The notes beneath the pieces are model-generated. The model saw only the letters and a list, made by a program, of their open reading frames with translations, was not told the DNA's origin and did not search any database. Below, one piece after another: positions 53,274 through 64,000 of a DNA stretch of 64,000 nucleotides. Every line of letters starts with the position of its first letter. The first letter of the stretch is position 1. The stretch is from Malacoraja senta (taxonomy: Eukaryota), in assembly GCA_038087875.1 (NCBI GenBank), contig CM075993.1:12154001-12218000 (forward strand), in the 5' to 3' direction. A program made the position numbers and the translations under genes.

Positions 53274-54158
53274 GTTGCCTCGCCAACAGTCTGTCTGTCC
53301 TTTCTTTCCTTTGTGTTTATTAGAATGTTAAATGTATGTTTTTATTTTTCTTTAGTTTGCTTTATGTGGGGAGTGGGGGAAACTATTTCTAATCTTTTAC
53401 CTCAACGGAGATGTGATTCTTTCCCTATCATATCTCCGTCCGCACTGTTGTGTATTTGGATGCTTGGAACAGACTTCAATAAGGCTCAGACACGGGAGTA
53501 ATCTTACACACGTCTTTATTCCAGAACGCCACCTTGAGTCTCTCCATGCACATGTGTACTTGCACAAGACATCACAAGACACTAATTACATATGCTAATT
53601 ATCACATACCTAACACTCCTCCCCCTTTAACTTGGAGGCATGTAACACCATTTCTATTACATACCTAACACGCACTGTGGCCTAACATTGAGCAGTTGGT
53701 GGCGTTTGCTGGAGGCCGACTTCGAGAAGCTCCACTGCGGAGCTTGCAGACTTACCATCGTGGAGCTCGCAATCCCTTAGCCAGGGATCCACCTCGGAGC
53801 TCCAACCGTGGGAGCCTGTGGACTTAATATCACAAAGTCCGCGGTCTCTGATCAGAGACGAATGTCAGGGACTCCGAGCCGTGGGAGTTTTGATCACCCC
53901 GATGCTGAGGCTTCGATCGCCCCGACGGATGGTCTGACTGCCCCAACCGCGGGAGAATAAAGAGGAAGATGATGGGACATTATTGCCTTCCATCACAGTG
54001 AGGAATGTGGGGAATCCACTGTGGTGGATGTTTATGTTAACTTTGATGTATTGTTGCTTTTTTTCCCCGTATGGCTGTATGGTAATTTGCATATCACTGT
54101 ACCTTAATTGGTACACGAGACAATAAAACACCTTTGAAACCTTTGAAACTTTTGAAAC
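53274..54158 (+). mobile_element. GC-rich non-coding retroposon (family X) inserted in the Penelope 3' region
   Basis: Stem-loop 53990-54027, terminal hairpin 54098-54115, AATAAA and (tttgaaacc)n tail. Confidence 0.75.
53446..53670 (-). mobile_element. Internally deleted LTR retrotransposon (one 170-bp LTR, PPT and a stub of the other LTR)
   Basis: Perfect 5-bp TSD CGCAC (53441-53445 and 53671-53675). TG..CA LTR 53446-53615 with AATAAA. PPT TTAAAGGGGGAGGAG 53630-53616. LTR start TGTTAGGTATGT repeated at 53670-53659. Confidence 0.85.
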
Positions 54159-54240
54159 ATTTTTGTATTTCTTTCGATCATTGTTCTTTATCTCTCCACA
54201 TCACCATCTATATCTTTCATTTCCCTTGTCCCTAACCAGT

Positions 54241-54268
54241 CTGAAGAAGGGTCTCGACCCGAAACGTC
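54241..54268 (+). ncRNA. Minimal hammerhead-ribozyme-like motif in a Penelope terminal repeat
   Basis: CTGAAGA-A-GGGTC-TC-GACCC-GAAAC-GTC: CUGANGA and GAAA core boxes, stem II and a GUC cleavage triplet. Stem I is only about 2 bp. Confidence 0.65.
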
Positions 54269-54789
54269 ACCCATTCCTTCTCTACAGAGATGCTCCCTGT
54301 CCCGCTGAGTTACTCCAGCATTTTGTACCTATCTTAGGCAAATGGAATGTATGTAGCCTTCATTGGTCGGGGCATAGAGTATAAGAGTCAGGAAGTCATG
54401 ATGCAGCTTGATAGCAATTTAGATAGGTCGTGTTTGGAGTAATGCGTGCAGATCTGGTCGCCCCATTCCAGGAAGGATCTAGTGGCTTTGGAGAGGGTGC
54501 AGAGGAGGTTTACCAGAATGATGCCTGGATGAGGAGATATTAACTATGGGGGTAGGTTTGACAGATTTCGATTGTTTTCTCTAGAACATTCGAGATTAAG
54601 AGGAGACGATAGAAGCATCCAAAAATTATGAGAGGCATTGAACTTCATAACTTGTTCCCCATATGTAGAAAAGGGGTGGTGCTTCACCGCACTAGAGACC
54701 TGGATTCAGCCCTGACCTACGGTGCTGTCTATGTGTAGTTTGCACGTTCTCCCTGTGACCATGTGGGTTTCCTCCCACACCACAGAGGC

Positions 54790-55390
54790 GGATAGAAGTT
54801 GGGAGGTCATGTTGCAGTTGTACAAGACGTTGGTGAGACCACATTTAGAATATTGTGTTCAGTTCTGGGCACCATGTTATAGGAAAGATTTGTCAAGCTT
54901 GAAAGGGTTCAGAAAAGATTTACAAGGATGTTGCCAGGACTAGAGGGTGTGAGCTTCAGTGAGAGGTTGAGTTGGCTGGGTCTCTATTCCATGGACCGTT
55001 GGAGGATGAGGGAAGATCTTATAGCGTGATCAAAATCATGAGAGGAATAGATCGGGTAGATGCACAGAATCTTTTGCCCAGAGTAGGGAAATCGAGGACC
55101 ACAGCCCATAGGTTCAAGGTGAAGGGGAAACGATTTAATAGAAATCCGAGGGGTAACCTTTTCACATAAAGGTTGGTGGGTGTATGGAACAAGCTGCCAG
55201 AGGTGGTAGTTGAGGCTGGGATTATCCCAAAGTTTAAGAAACGGTTAGACAGGTACATGGATAGGACGTTTGGAGGGATATGGACCAAGCGCAGGCAGGT
55301 GGGACTAGTGTAGCTGGGACATAGTTAGCCGGTGTGGGCAAGGTGGGCCGAAGGGCCTGTTTCCACACTCTATCACTATATGACTCTATG
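54790..55390 (+). mobile_element. CR1 LINE 3' end
   Basis: [19 protein letters not shown]..; tail gggccgaagggcctgtttcc is shared with the V-SINEs. Confidence 0.9.
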
Positions 55391-55464
55391 ACGTGCGGGT
55401 TTGTGGATTAATTTCCCTCTGTAAATTGTCCCTGAGAAAGTGGGATAACAGGGAACTTGTGTGA

Positions 55465-55983
55465 ATAGAAACATAGAAAGATAGAAAATAGGTGCAGGAG
55501 TAGGCCATTCGGCCCATCGAGCCTGCACCGCCATTCAATATGATCATGGCTGATCATCCAACAGTCTCCTGTACCTGCCTTCTCTCCATACCCCCTGATC
55601 CCTTTAGCCACAAGGGCCACATCTAACTCCCTCTTAAATATAGCCAATGAACTGGCCTCAACTACCTTCTCTGGCAGAGAATTCCACAGATTCACCACTC
55701 TCTGTGTGAAAAATGATTTTCTCATCTTGGTCCAAAAAGACTTCCCCCTTATCCTTAAACTGTGACCCCTTGTTCTGGACTTCCCCAACAGCAGGAACAA
55801 TCTTGCTGCATCTAGCCTGTCCAACCCCTTAAGAATTTTGTAAGTTTCTATAAGATCCCCCCTCAATCTTCTAAATTCTAGCGAGTACAAGCCGAGTCTA
55901 TCCAGTCTTTCTTCATATGAAAGTCCTGCCATCCCAGGAATCAGTCTGGTGAACCTTCTCTGTACTCCCTCTATGGCAAGAAT
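55465..55983 (-). mobile_element. CR1 LINE 3' end (young subfamily); near-identical pieces at about 56870-57145 and 57888-58487
   Basis: ORFs 55408..55932, 56955..57173, 57985..58248 and 58264..58479. Confidence 0.9.
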
Positions 55984-58900
55984 GGGAGAACAATGGTCGG
56001 TGTGGTCTCGGTGCGCAGAAGGGCCTGTTTCCGTGCTGTTCCTCTAAACTAGTGGGAAGTAGTGAGTTGGGCCGAGGGTTGGTTGAGGCACAGTGATGGG
56101 GCATCAGTGCTATAATTGCGCTGGTGAGAACTCGCTGACTGAGCGGGGTCCCTCTGCAGGGGTTGTGGAGCTTCGACTAAGAGGAAGCAGCTGGAGTTTG
56201 TTTTCAGTGAATTCTTTGCTATCTGAGAGAAATTCCAGCTTTGCAGTTCAGCCTGTAGGGCAAAGTGGGAATTGTTTGAATGCTTTCCAAGGGAAAGGGC
56301 AGGTCAGTAAGTCTGTGGATGAGGGAGCTGGGACTGACAGAGAGGCAGCAGGGAACTGGAACTTCTGCACTGGTCATGAACTGTGAATCATCGCAGACTG
56401 ATCACTGCCCGGCTGTACAAGGTCACGTCACAGTGAAACCCCTCCATTGCCGTGTTAACGTTGGCTGGAGATAGACACAGAGTGCTGGAGTAACTTAATG
56501 GCTCAGGCAGTATCTCTGGGGACAAGGAACAGGTGACGTTTCGGTTCGAAACCCTTCATTGGATAACATTTGCTGGACTTGGCTCCGGATTAGACAAATG
56601 CCGTGGATTAATGTCTCAACTGAAATGTACCATTTTTCACAAAGATTCACACCTGGTCACGGGCTCAAACCTCTTAAGTGGTTTTGAACCCAGGAACATT
56701 GTCACAATGAGGTGTCACTTGGTCACCATGAAGGACTATGTGAACCCGGTCATCAAAGAGCTTGGGCCCTCAAGCCCAGGCTGATCATAGTTACAGCATT
56801 AAATCACATCATTTCTGTCATTATCTCATGACTGTTTATTGCTATGAATTGCTTTGGGACTTGTCTCATCATAGAAACATAGAAACATAAATAGGAAATA
56901 GGTGCAGGAGTAGGCCATTCGGCCCTTCAATATGATCATGGCTGATCATCCAACTCAGTATCCTGTACCTGCCTTCTCTCCATACCCCCTGATCCCTTTA
57001 GCCACAAGGGCCACACCTAACTCCCTCTTAAATATAGCCAATGAACTGGCCTCGACTACCTTCTGTGGCAGAGAGTTCCACAGATTCACCACTCTCTGTG
57101 TGAAAAATGATTTTCTCATCTCGGTCCTAAAAGACTTCCCCTTTATCATGAGCCTATTTGGACAGGAACACATCTCACTTTCTCACTTTCTCACTTTCTG
57201 TCTGCTAACGATCGCCTCCAGTTCAAGGGAACAACACCAGGAAGCCCGTCAAATTACACAGCGGGATATAGCGGGATTACCTACAGAAATGGATGGAGGT
57301 TAATTCAAGCATGTGTGAGGTGTTGCAATTTGGAAGGTCTAACATAAGGATGTGTGGCACGGACCCAGAGCACCGGGTTCAATCCTGACTATGGGTGCTG
57401 TCTGTCCGGAGTTTGTACGTTCTCCTCATGACCTGCGTGGTTTTCTCGATGAAGCTCTGGTTTCCTCCCATAATTCAAAGACGTACAAGTTTGTAGGCTA
57501 ATTGGTTTGGTATAAATGTAAAAGTGTCCCTCATGTGTGTATAGTGTTAGTATGCAGGGATCGCTGACCTAGGTGGGCCGAAGGGCCTGTTTCTAAACTA
57601 AACTAAACTAAACAAAAAGAAAATATATAATTAATGGCATGATACTTAACACCGTGGATGTCCGTCCAAAACTCGCTGACACTGACAACCAAGGTAGATA
57701 GAGAGGTAAGGAAGGCAGATATGATGTATTTGACTTTATTTGTCTGGATATTGAGTATAAGAGTCAAGAAGTTAGGATAGATCTTTATAGGACTTTGGTT
57801 AGACTACATTTGGAGTACTGCATGCATTTCTGGTTGCCCCAGATGTGGAGGCTCTGTAAAGGATGCAGAAGGGGTTTACCAGAATGATAGAAAAATAGAA
57901 ACATAGAAAATAGGTGCAGGAGTAGGCCATTCAGCCCTTCGAGCCTGCACCGCCATTTGATATGACCATGGCTGATCATCCAACTCAGTGTCCCATCCCT
58001 GCCTTCTCTCCATACCCCCTGATTCCTTTAGCCACAAGGGCCACATCTAACTCCCTCTTAAATATAGCCAATGAACTGGCCTCAACTACCCTCTGTGGCA
58101 GAGAATTCCACAGATTCACCACTCTCTGTGTGAAAAATGATTTCCTCATCTCAGTCCTAAAATACTTCCCCCTTATCCTTAAACTGTGACCCCTTGTTCT
58201 GGACTTCCCCAACATCAGGAACAATCTTCCTGCATCTAGCCTGTCCAACCCCTTAAGAAATTTCTATGTTTCTATTAGATCCCCCCTCAATCTTCTAAAT
58301 TCTAGCGAGTACAAGTCGAGTCTATCCAGTCTTTCTTCATATGAAAGTCCTGCCATCCCAGGAATCAGTCTGGTGAACCTTCTCTGTACTCCCTCTATGG
58401 CAAGAATGTCTTTCCTCAGATTAGGAGACCAAAACTGTACGCAATACTCCAGGTGTGGTCTCACCAAGACCCTGTACAACTGCAGTAGTGGTAATTGATG
58501 CCTTGATTCCGAGGTATTATCTACAGGGAGAGGTCAGACAGACTTGGATTGGTTTTTTTTAATGCTGAAGGTTACTGGGAGACCTAATGGAAGTATATGA
58601 AATTATAAAGAGGCAAAGGTAGGTAGCCAGTCAGAATCTTTACCCTTGGATAGAAAAATCAAAGACCAGAGGGCATAGCTTTAAGGTGAGAGGGCAAAGT
58701 TTAAAGGAAATGTGCAGGACATGTTTCTTTACACAGATAGTGATGAGTGCCCAGAGCGTGGTAATTGAAGCAGGTACGTTTGTGGCATTGAAAACGGTAG
58801 CGCAGCGGTGGAGTTGCTGCCTTATTTTTAGTTATGAACCCAGAGATCCGGGTTCAAACCTGACTATCTATGAGTGCTGTCCGTATGGAACTGGTATGCT

Positions 58901-59313
58901 CTCCCCGTGACCTGCATGAGTTTTCTCTGGGATCTCCGGTTCCTCCCCACACTCCAAAGATGTACAGGTTTGTACTGAAGAGCCCGTGTTGTGCTGTACT
59001 GTTCTATGTTCTATGGACGTTTAGACCTTCCCTTTGGTTAATTTAAAGGATTCCAATTCGATAATATTTTTTCAAAGGTCATTCAAAACAGTGACATTTT
59101 CTGATCTCAATACATGAGGAAATTACCTAATTTATTTATTTTGCAGACTGAATCTCTGCTTCTTTATCCCAATATCCTGTCATCCTATAAGATGGGCATT
59201 CTCCTGGGGAGTTAGTTGTGCAAAGTTACGTCAAAACTGAGAGGCACACTGGCTGCCAGGAGCTCTGCCCCGACCACAAAAATGGAGTGTGTTTGCACCT
59301 TGTATCCGACCAC

Positions 59314-60023
59314 CAGGGGCACTGCATGATTGGCAGCCCTGCCAACATTCTGTTTTTTCGTCTTTTTTATAATTTTTAGTTTGTGTTAAAAGTTTGTGTA
59401 AATATTCTCTGGTTTGTTTATGTGGGGGGAGGGGGAAACTTTTTTTTCAGTTGCTTACCTTGCCGGTGATGTGATTATTTTCCAGATCGCAGCTCTGGTC
59501 GTTCTGCGGCCTACCATCGATGGAGCTGGAGGCCTCCTTGGACTGACTTGAACCCCACTGCGGGGCGTGGACTTAGCATCGGAGTCAATCCCTTGCCTGC
59601 GGACTGTACATCGGGACCTCGCAGTCTTGAGAGAGTCAGGAGCTCCAATGACGCGGAAGGTTCGACCCCAGCCCTGACCCAGAGTCTGATCACCAGCGCG
59701 GTGGAGCTGACATCCCCCCGATGCAGGAGCTGATCACCCCGATGTGGAGGGCCCAAACACCGCCGGCTATGGGAATCAAGATTGTGCCATCAACAGAGGG
59801 CTCGAGGCCCCCCACCGCGGGAGAGCTAAGGGAAGAGATTTGAACTTTTTTTCGCCTTCCATCACAGTGAGGAATGTGGAGTAGTCACTGTGGTGGATGT
59901 TTATGTTCAAATGTGTTTTGTGTATTCCGTTGCCTTTTATTTGTATGACTGACTCGGCAAATAAAATTCCTGCTATGTTGCAAAACATACTTGGCCAATA
60001 AATTAGTATTGTGATTGTGATTG
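59314..60023 (+). mobile_element. GC-rich non-coding retroposon (family X)
   Basis: Shared leader, stem-loop 59859-59896, terminal hairpin 59974-59989, AATAAA and (attgtg)n tail. Confidence 0.75.
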
Positions 60024-60724
60024 AAGATACAAGATACAGATCCAGGAACTTGAGTTCAATCCTGACCTCTGGTACTGCCTGTGTGGAGTTTGCATGTTCT
60101 CCCCGTGACCGTGTGGGTTTTCGTCGGATGCTGTGGTTTCCTCCCACATCCCATCTGTGTAGTTGTGAATGGCTTGATTGTACTCATTTGTAGTATGATT
60201 TGATTAGACTGAGTAGCACGCAAACAAAAGGTTTTACGACACGATACGATATGATACGATAGAACTTTATTTATCCCAGGAGGGAAATTAATCTACCAAG
60301 TGTCATAAGAAACACAAATCTCAGTATCTCGGTACACGTGACAATAATACACTAATATCTAAGACCTGCAGGTTGGTGGGTTAATTGTGGGCGTAGTGGA
60401 ATCTGGGAAAGTTATCGAGAATGTGGGGAGAATATTCAAGGGCTTGAGCTATAGGGGAAGAATGAGCAAGCTGGTGCTCTACTCCCTGGAGCACAGGAGG
60501 ATGAGGTGTATAAAATCATGAGGAATACGTAGATCGGGCAGACGCACAGAGTCTCTTGCCCAGAGTAGGGGAATCGAGACCCAGAGTGCATAGGTTTAAG
60601 ATGAAGGGATAAGAATTCTTATAAGAATTTGAAGGTTAACTTTTTCATGCAAAGGGTGGTGGGTGTATGGAATGAGCTGCCAGAGGAGGTAATTGAGGCA
60701 AGGACAATTGAAACATTTAAGAAG

Positions 60725-61976
60725 TATATGAGTATTGAGGCCAGGCAACAACTCTCACATACCCCCTCCTACTTATGCTTGGACCATGATCCCACAGATG
60801 AGCACTGGCCCATAATCTCTCAGGCCATTTCAGATGTGATCACTTCTGGCTTTCTGCCCTCCACAGTCTCCAAGCTTATCATTTCCCAGCCAACCTCCCA
60901 GAAGGTTTTACCTTCTCCCCAAAAGCCATAAACACAACTGCCCTGGCAGACCCATGACTTCTGCCTGCTCCTGTCCCACTGAAATGATTTCCACGTACCT
61001 CGACTCCATCCTATCCCCCTTGGTCCAATCTCTCCCGACCTATGTCCAAGATACTTCACACGCCCTTCGTCTCTTTAATGACTTCCGCAATCCGAGCCCC
61101 CACTCCCTCATCTTTACTATGGACGTTCAGTCACTCTACACCTCCATCCCCACGAGGAAGGCCTTAAAGCCCTCCCTTTCTTCCTCGACCGCAGAACCAC
61201 CCAATTTCTCTCTACTAACACTCTACTCTGCCTAGCGGTGCTGGTCCTCACCCTCAACAACTTCTCTTTGACTCCTCCAACTTCCTCCAAGTCCAAGGCA
61301 TAGCTATGGGCACCCGCATGGGCCCCAGCTATGCCTGCCTCTTTGTAGGGTACGTTGAACAATCCCTGTTCCAGGCTGCACTGGCCCTATCCCCAGACTC
61401 TATCTCCATTACATTGATGACTGCACCCCCGAGCAGAACTCATGGACTTCATCAACTTCACCACCAATTTCCATCCAGCACTCAAATTTACTTGGACCAT
61501 CTCCGACACCTCCCTCCCCTTTCTTGATCTCACAGAATCCATCACAGGAAATAGACTACCCACTGACTCCCATAACTATCTCGACTACACTTCTTCTCAC
61601 CCTGCTTTGTGCAAAGACTCTATCCCCTACACCCAATTCCTCCACCTATGCCGCATCTGCGCCCAAGATGAGGTGTTCTTTCCAGGACATCCGAGATGTC
61701 ATCATTGTTTAGGGAACGGGGGTTCCGCTCCCATCAGAGATGAGGCCCTCACTTGTGTCTCATCGATACCCCATATCTCCCCCTCGCCCTTGTCACAACC
61801 GAGACAGAGTCCCCCTAGTCCTTACCTTTTACCCCATCAGCCGTCGCATACAACACATAATCCTCCAAAATTTTGCCACCTCCAACGGGATCTCAACACT
61901 AGTCATATCTTCCCATCTCCATCCCTTTCCGCATTCTGCAGAGACCGTTCCCTCCGCAACTGCCTGGTCACATTTG
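60725..61976 (+). mobile_element. Penelope-like RT fragment inserted in a CR1 3' end
   Basis: TYLDSILSPLVQSLPTYVQDT..LIFTMDVQSLYTSIP, MGTRMGPSYACLFVG, LPFLD. CR1 sequence lies on both sides (about 60435-60724 and 61977-62120). Confidence 0.88.
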
Positions 61977-63048
61977 TTTAAGAAGCATTTGGACAGATAC
62001 ATGGATATGACATGTTGAGAGGTCTATGGGCCAAATGCAGGCAGATGGGACTAGTGTAGATGGGACATGTTGGCCGTCATGGGGATGTTGGGCCTGTTTC
62101 CACACTGTATGAGTCAGTGACACCCTAGGGCACTCTGGGGCCAGTCCTGTACCCACAACCGCCTAACTCAGTGGGCTCGTCACCACTGTCATGGCTAACA
62201 CCATTAGTTCTCCCATGATGCTTGCCATCCAGTCAATCCACAACCTAACACGAGAGGCGACACGGTGGTGCAGTGTTAGAGTTGCTGCCTTACAGCACCG
62301 GAGACCTGGGTTCGATCCTGACTATGGGAGCTCTTTGCACAGAGTTTGAACATTCTCCCCGTGACCACCTGGGTTTTCTCTGGGTTCTCCGGTTTCCTCC
62401 CACATTCCAACGATTTACAGGTTTGTCGGTTATTTATCTTCTGTAAATGTGGGCGGAGCACCAAGGCAAATTCCTTGTATGTGAATACCTGGCCAATAAA
62501 CGTACTTACTTACTTGTCCCTAGAGTGTAGGATAGAACAAATGTACGGAGTGATCGATGATTGGAGCGGACTTGGTGGGCCAGAGGGCCTGTTTCCACAC
62601 TGTATCTCCAAAGAAATTTAAACTTCAACTAAACATTTGGCAGTCAGAGGTGTCTAGCACAGAAACAGGCCCTTCAGCCCAATTAGTTGATACTGCCCAA
62701 AATTGTGAGATTGAGACAAGTTTGTGATCGAATGAAAGCTCCAAGCGATCAAATGTATTCATAATGCTTCCTTTGTGCCAGAAGTCTCCCAATCTCCTAC
62801 CCCCGCCCCCCCTCACCCTGCGACAAGTCATACACTCTTTATCACCACCTGTTCACCACAGAAGGTCAGAATCTTGTCCCCAGCTGACATTTTCTGACAA
62901 CTGCACCTGACATAAGCCAGTGGAGACACAAGGAACTGCAGGCTCTGGAACCTTGAACAAAACACAAAGTGCTGGAGGAACTGTGCGGGTCTGGCAGCAT
63001 CTGTGGAGGAAATGGACAGACGACGTTTCGGGTCTGGACCCTTCTTCA

Positions 63049-63248
63049 NNNNNNNNNNNNNNNNNNNNNNNNNNNNNNNNNNNNNNNNNNNNNNNNNNNN
63101 NNNNNNNNNNNNNNNNNNNNNNNNNNNNNNNNNNNNNNNNNNNNNNNNNNNNNNNNNNNNNNNNNNNNNNNNNNNNNNNNNNNNNNNNNNNNNNNNNNNN
63201 NNNNNNNNNNNNNNNNNNNNNNNNNNNNNNNNNNNNNNNNNNNNNNNN
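63049..63248. other. Assembly gap (200 N)
   Basis: Run of N. Confidence 1.
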
Positions 63249-64000
63249 GGCTTGGCAGTGTCGATGCCGCAGTGTGGAATCGAGGAGAATGTGTTAATAC
63301 GGGGAACAAATGGCTACACAATTCTCCACAAGGTGATTCTACTTCACTGAGCCAGTCAGTCGCCTGGAGGTGCGGGCTGTGTGACGGCCCAGGCCGGGGA
63401 AGGGGAAGGAGGCGGGGGTGTGTACCCGGGTTCAGGATGCAGCCTGACCTTGCTCCAAGGACACTCGCTCACTTTAATCATTGGTGAATCTTTAAAAAAA
63501 AATCAAGCGAATCCAAAGCTAAATTGTTTCTTATCGCTACACGATAGTGCCGTGGTTGATCCTGTCCTGTCCTGCCCCTCCCACCTCTTGTCTCCCAGCT
63601 TGCTCTCTCCACCACCACCCCCCAATCAGTCTGAAGAAGGGTCCCAACCCGAAATGTGCCTATCCCGAAATGTTTCCCCCAGAGATGCTGCCTGACCAGC
63701 GGAGTTACTCCAGAACTCTGTGTGTGTGTGTGTGTGTTGAAGCTAACTGGTTGCCTGCTGAATGTTGAGGCCAGGTTTTCATGTCATCCACGTTTCCCCT
63801 GACGAAGGTGATTTAGTGACCCCCTGCTCTGGGGCCTATCCCACCTGACCCACTGCCCGACACATCTCCCTGTCATCTCTTCTCTCTAGATGTCCTTCTG
63901 CAGCTTTGACCTAAGCAGAATGTTACAAAGTCGTACATGACTTCTTGCCCTAGTATTCTGTGCCCCGGCTGAGGGTAGGTATCCCATACTGCCTTGGCCA

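Larger units (their letters stand above)
51628..54335 (+). mobile_element. Penelope-like element (RT fragment, GIY-YIG, terminal repeat) carrying nested insertions
   Basis: LIFTMDVQSL.TSIPH, QGVAMGTRMGPSYACLFVG, YIDD, LPFLD, YYKPTD. GIY-YIG (LLYIGETKRRLGDRFAEH) at about 52840-53160. Terminal repeat 54160-54335. Confidence 0.92.

Overview
Eukaryotic, repeat-dense vertebrate DNA. The V-SINE/HE1-type SINEs, CR1 LINEs and Penelope elements point to a cartilaginous fish, probably a skate or ray (inference). The only host gene I can support is the 5' half of an alpha-tropomyosin gene (TPM1-like) on the minus strand. It comprises exon 1a (33197-33310), the mutually exclusive exons 2a (32594-32719, missed by the ORF track) and 2b (32283-32408), and the internal short-isoform exon 1b (27387-27517). 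Exon 1b is 1 nt short of the expected 132 nt and sits next to a 200-N gap. I could not find exon 3 or later exons. The rest is decayed and often nested mobile DNA: CR1 LINEs (one with a near-complete ORF2), Rex1/Babar LINE fragments, Penelope-like elements, V-SINEs, a Tc1 transposon, a hAT-like non-autonomous element, a Harbinger-like MITE and a collapsed LTR element. The most notable signals are: (1) the AG-free 185-nt intron between exons 2a and 2b, whose layout matches the mammalian steric mutual-exclusion mechanism; (2) many dispersed and inverted copies of a minimal hammerhead-ribozyme motif derived from Penelope termini; (3) a non-coding GC-rich retroposon family with a conserved stem-loop and interchangeable Rex1-like 3' hairpin tails. 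There are no prokaryotic features. Repeat boundaries are approximate and family names come from motif recognition, not database searches.
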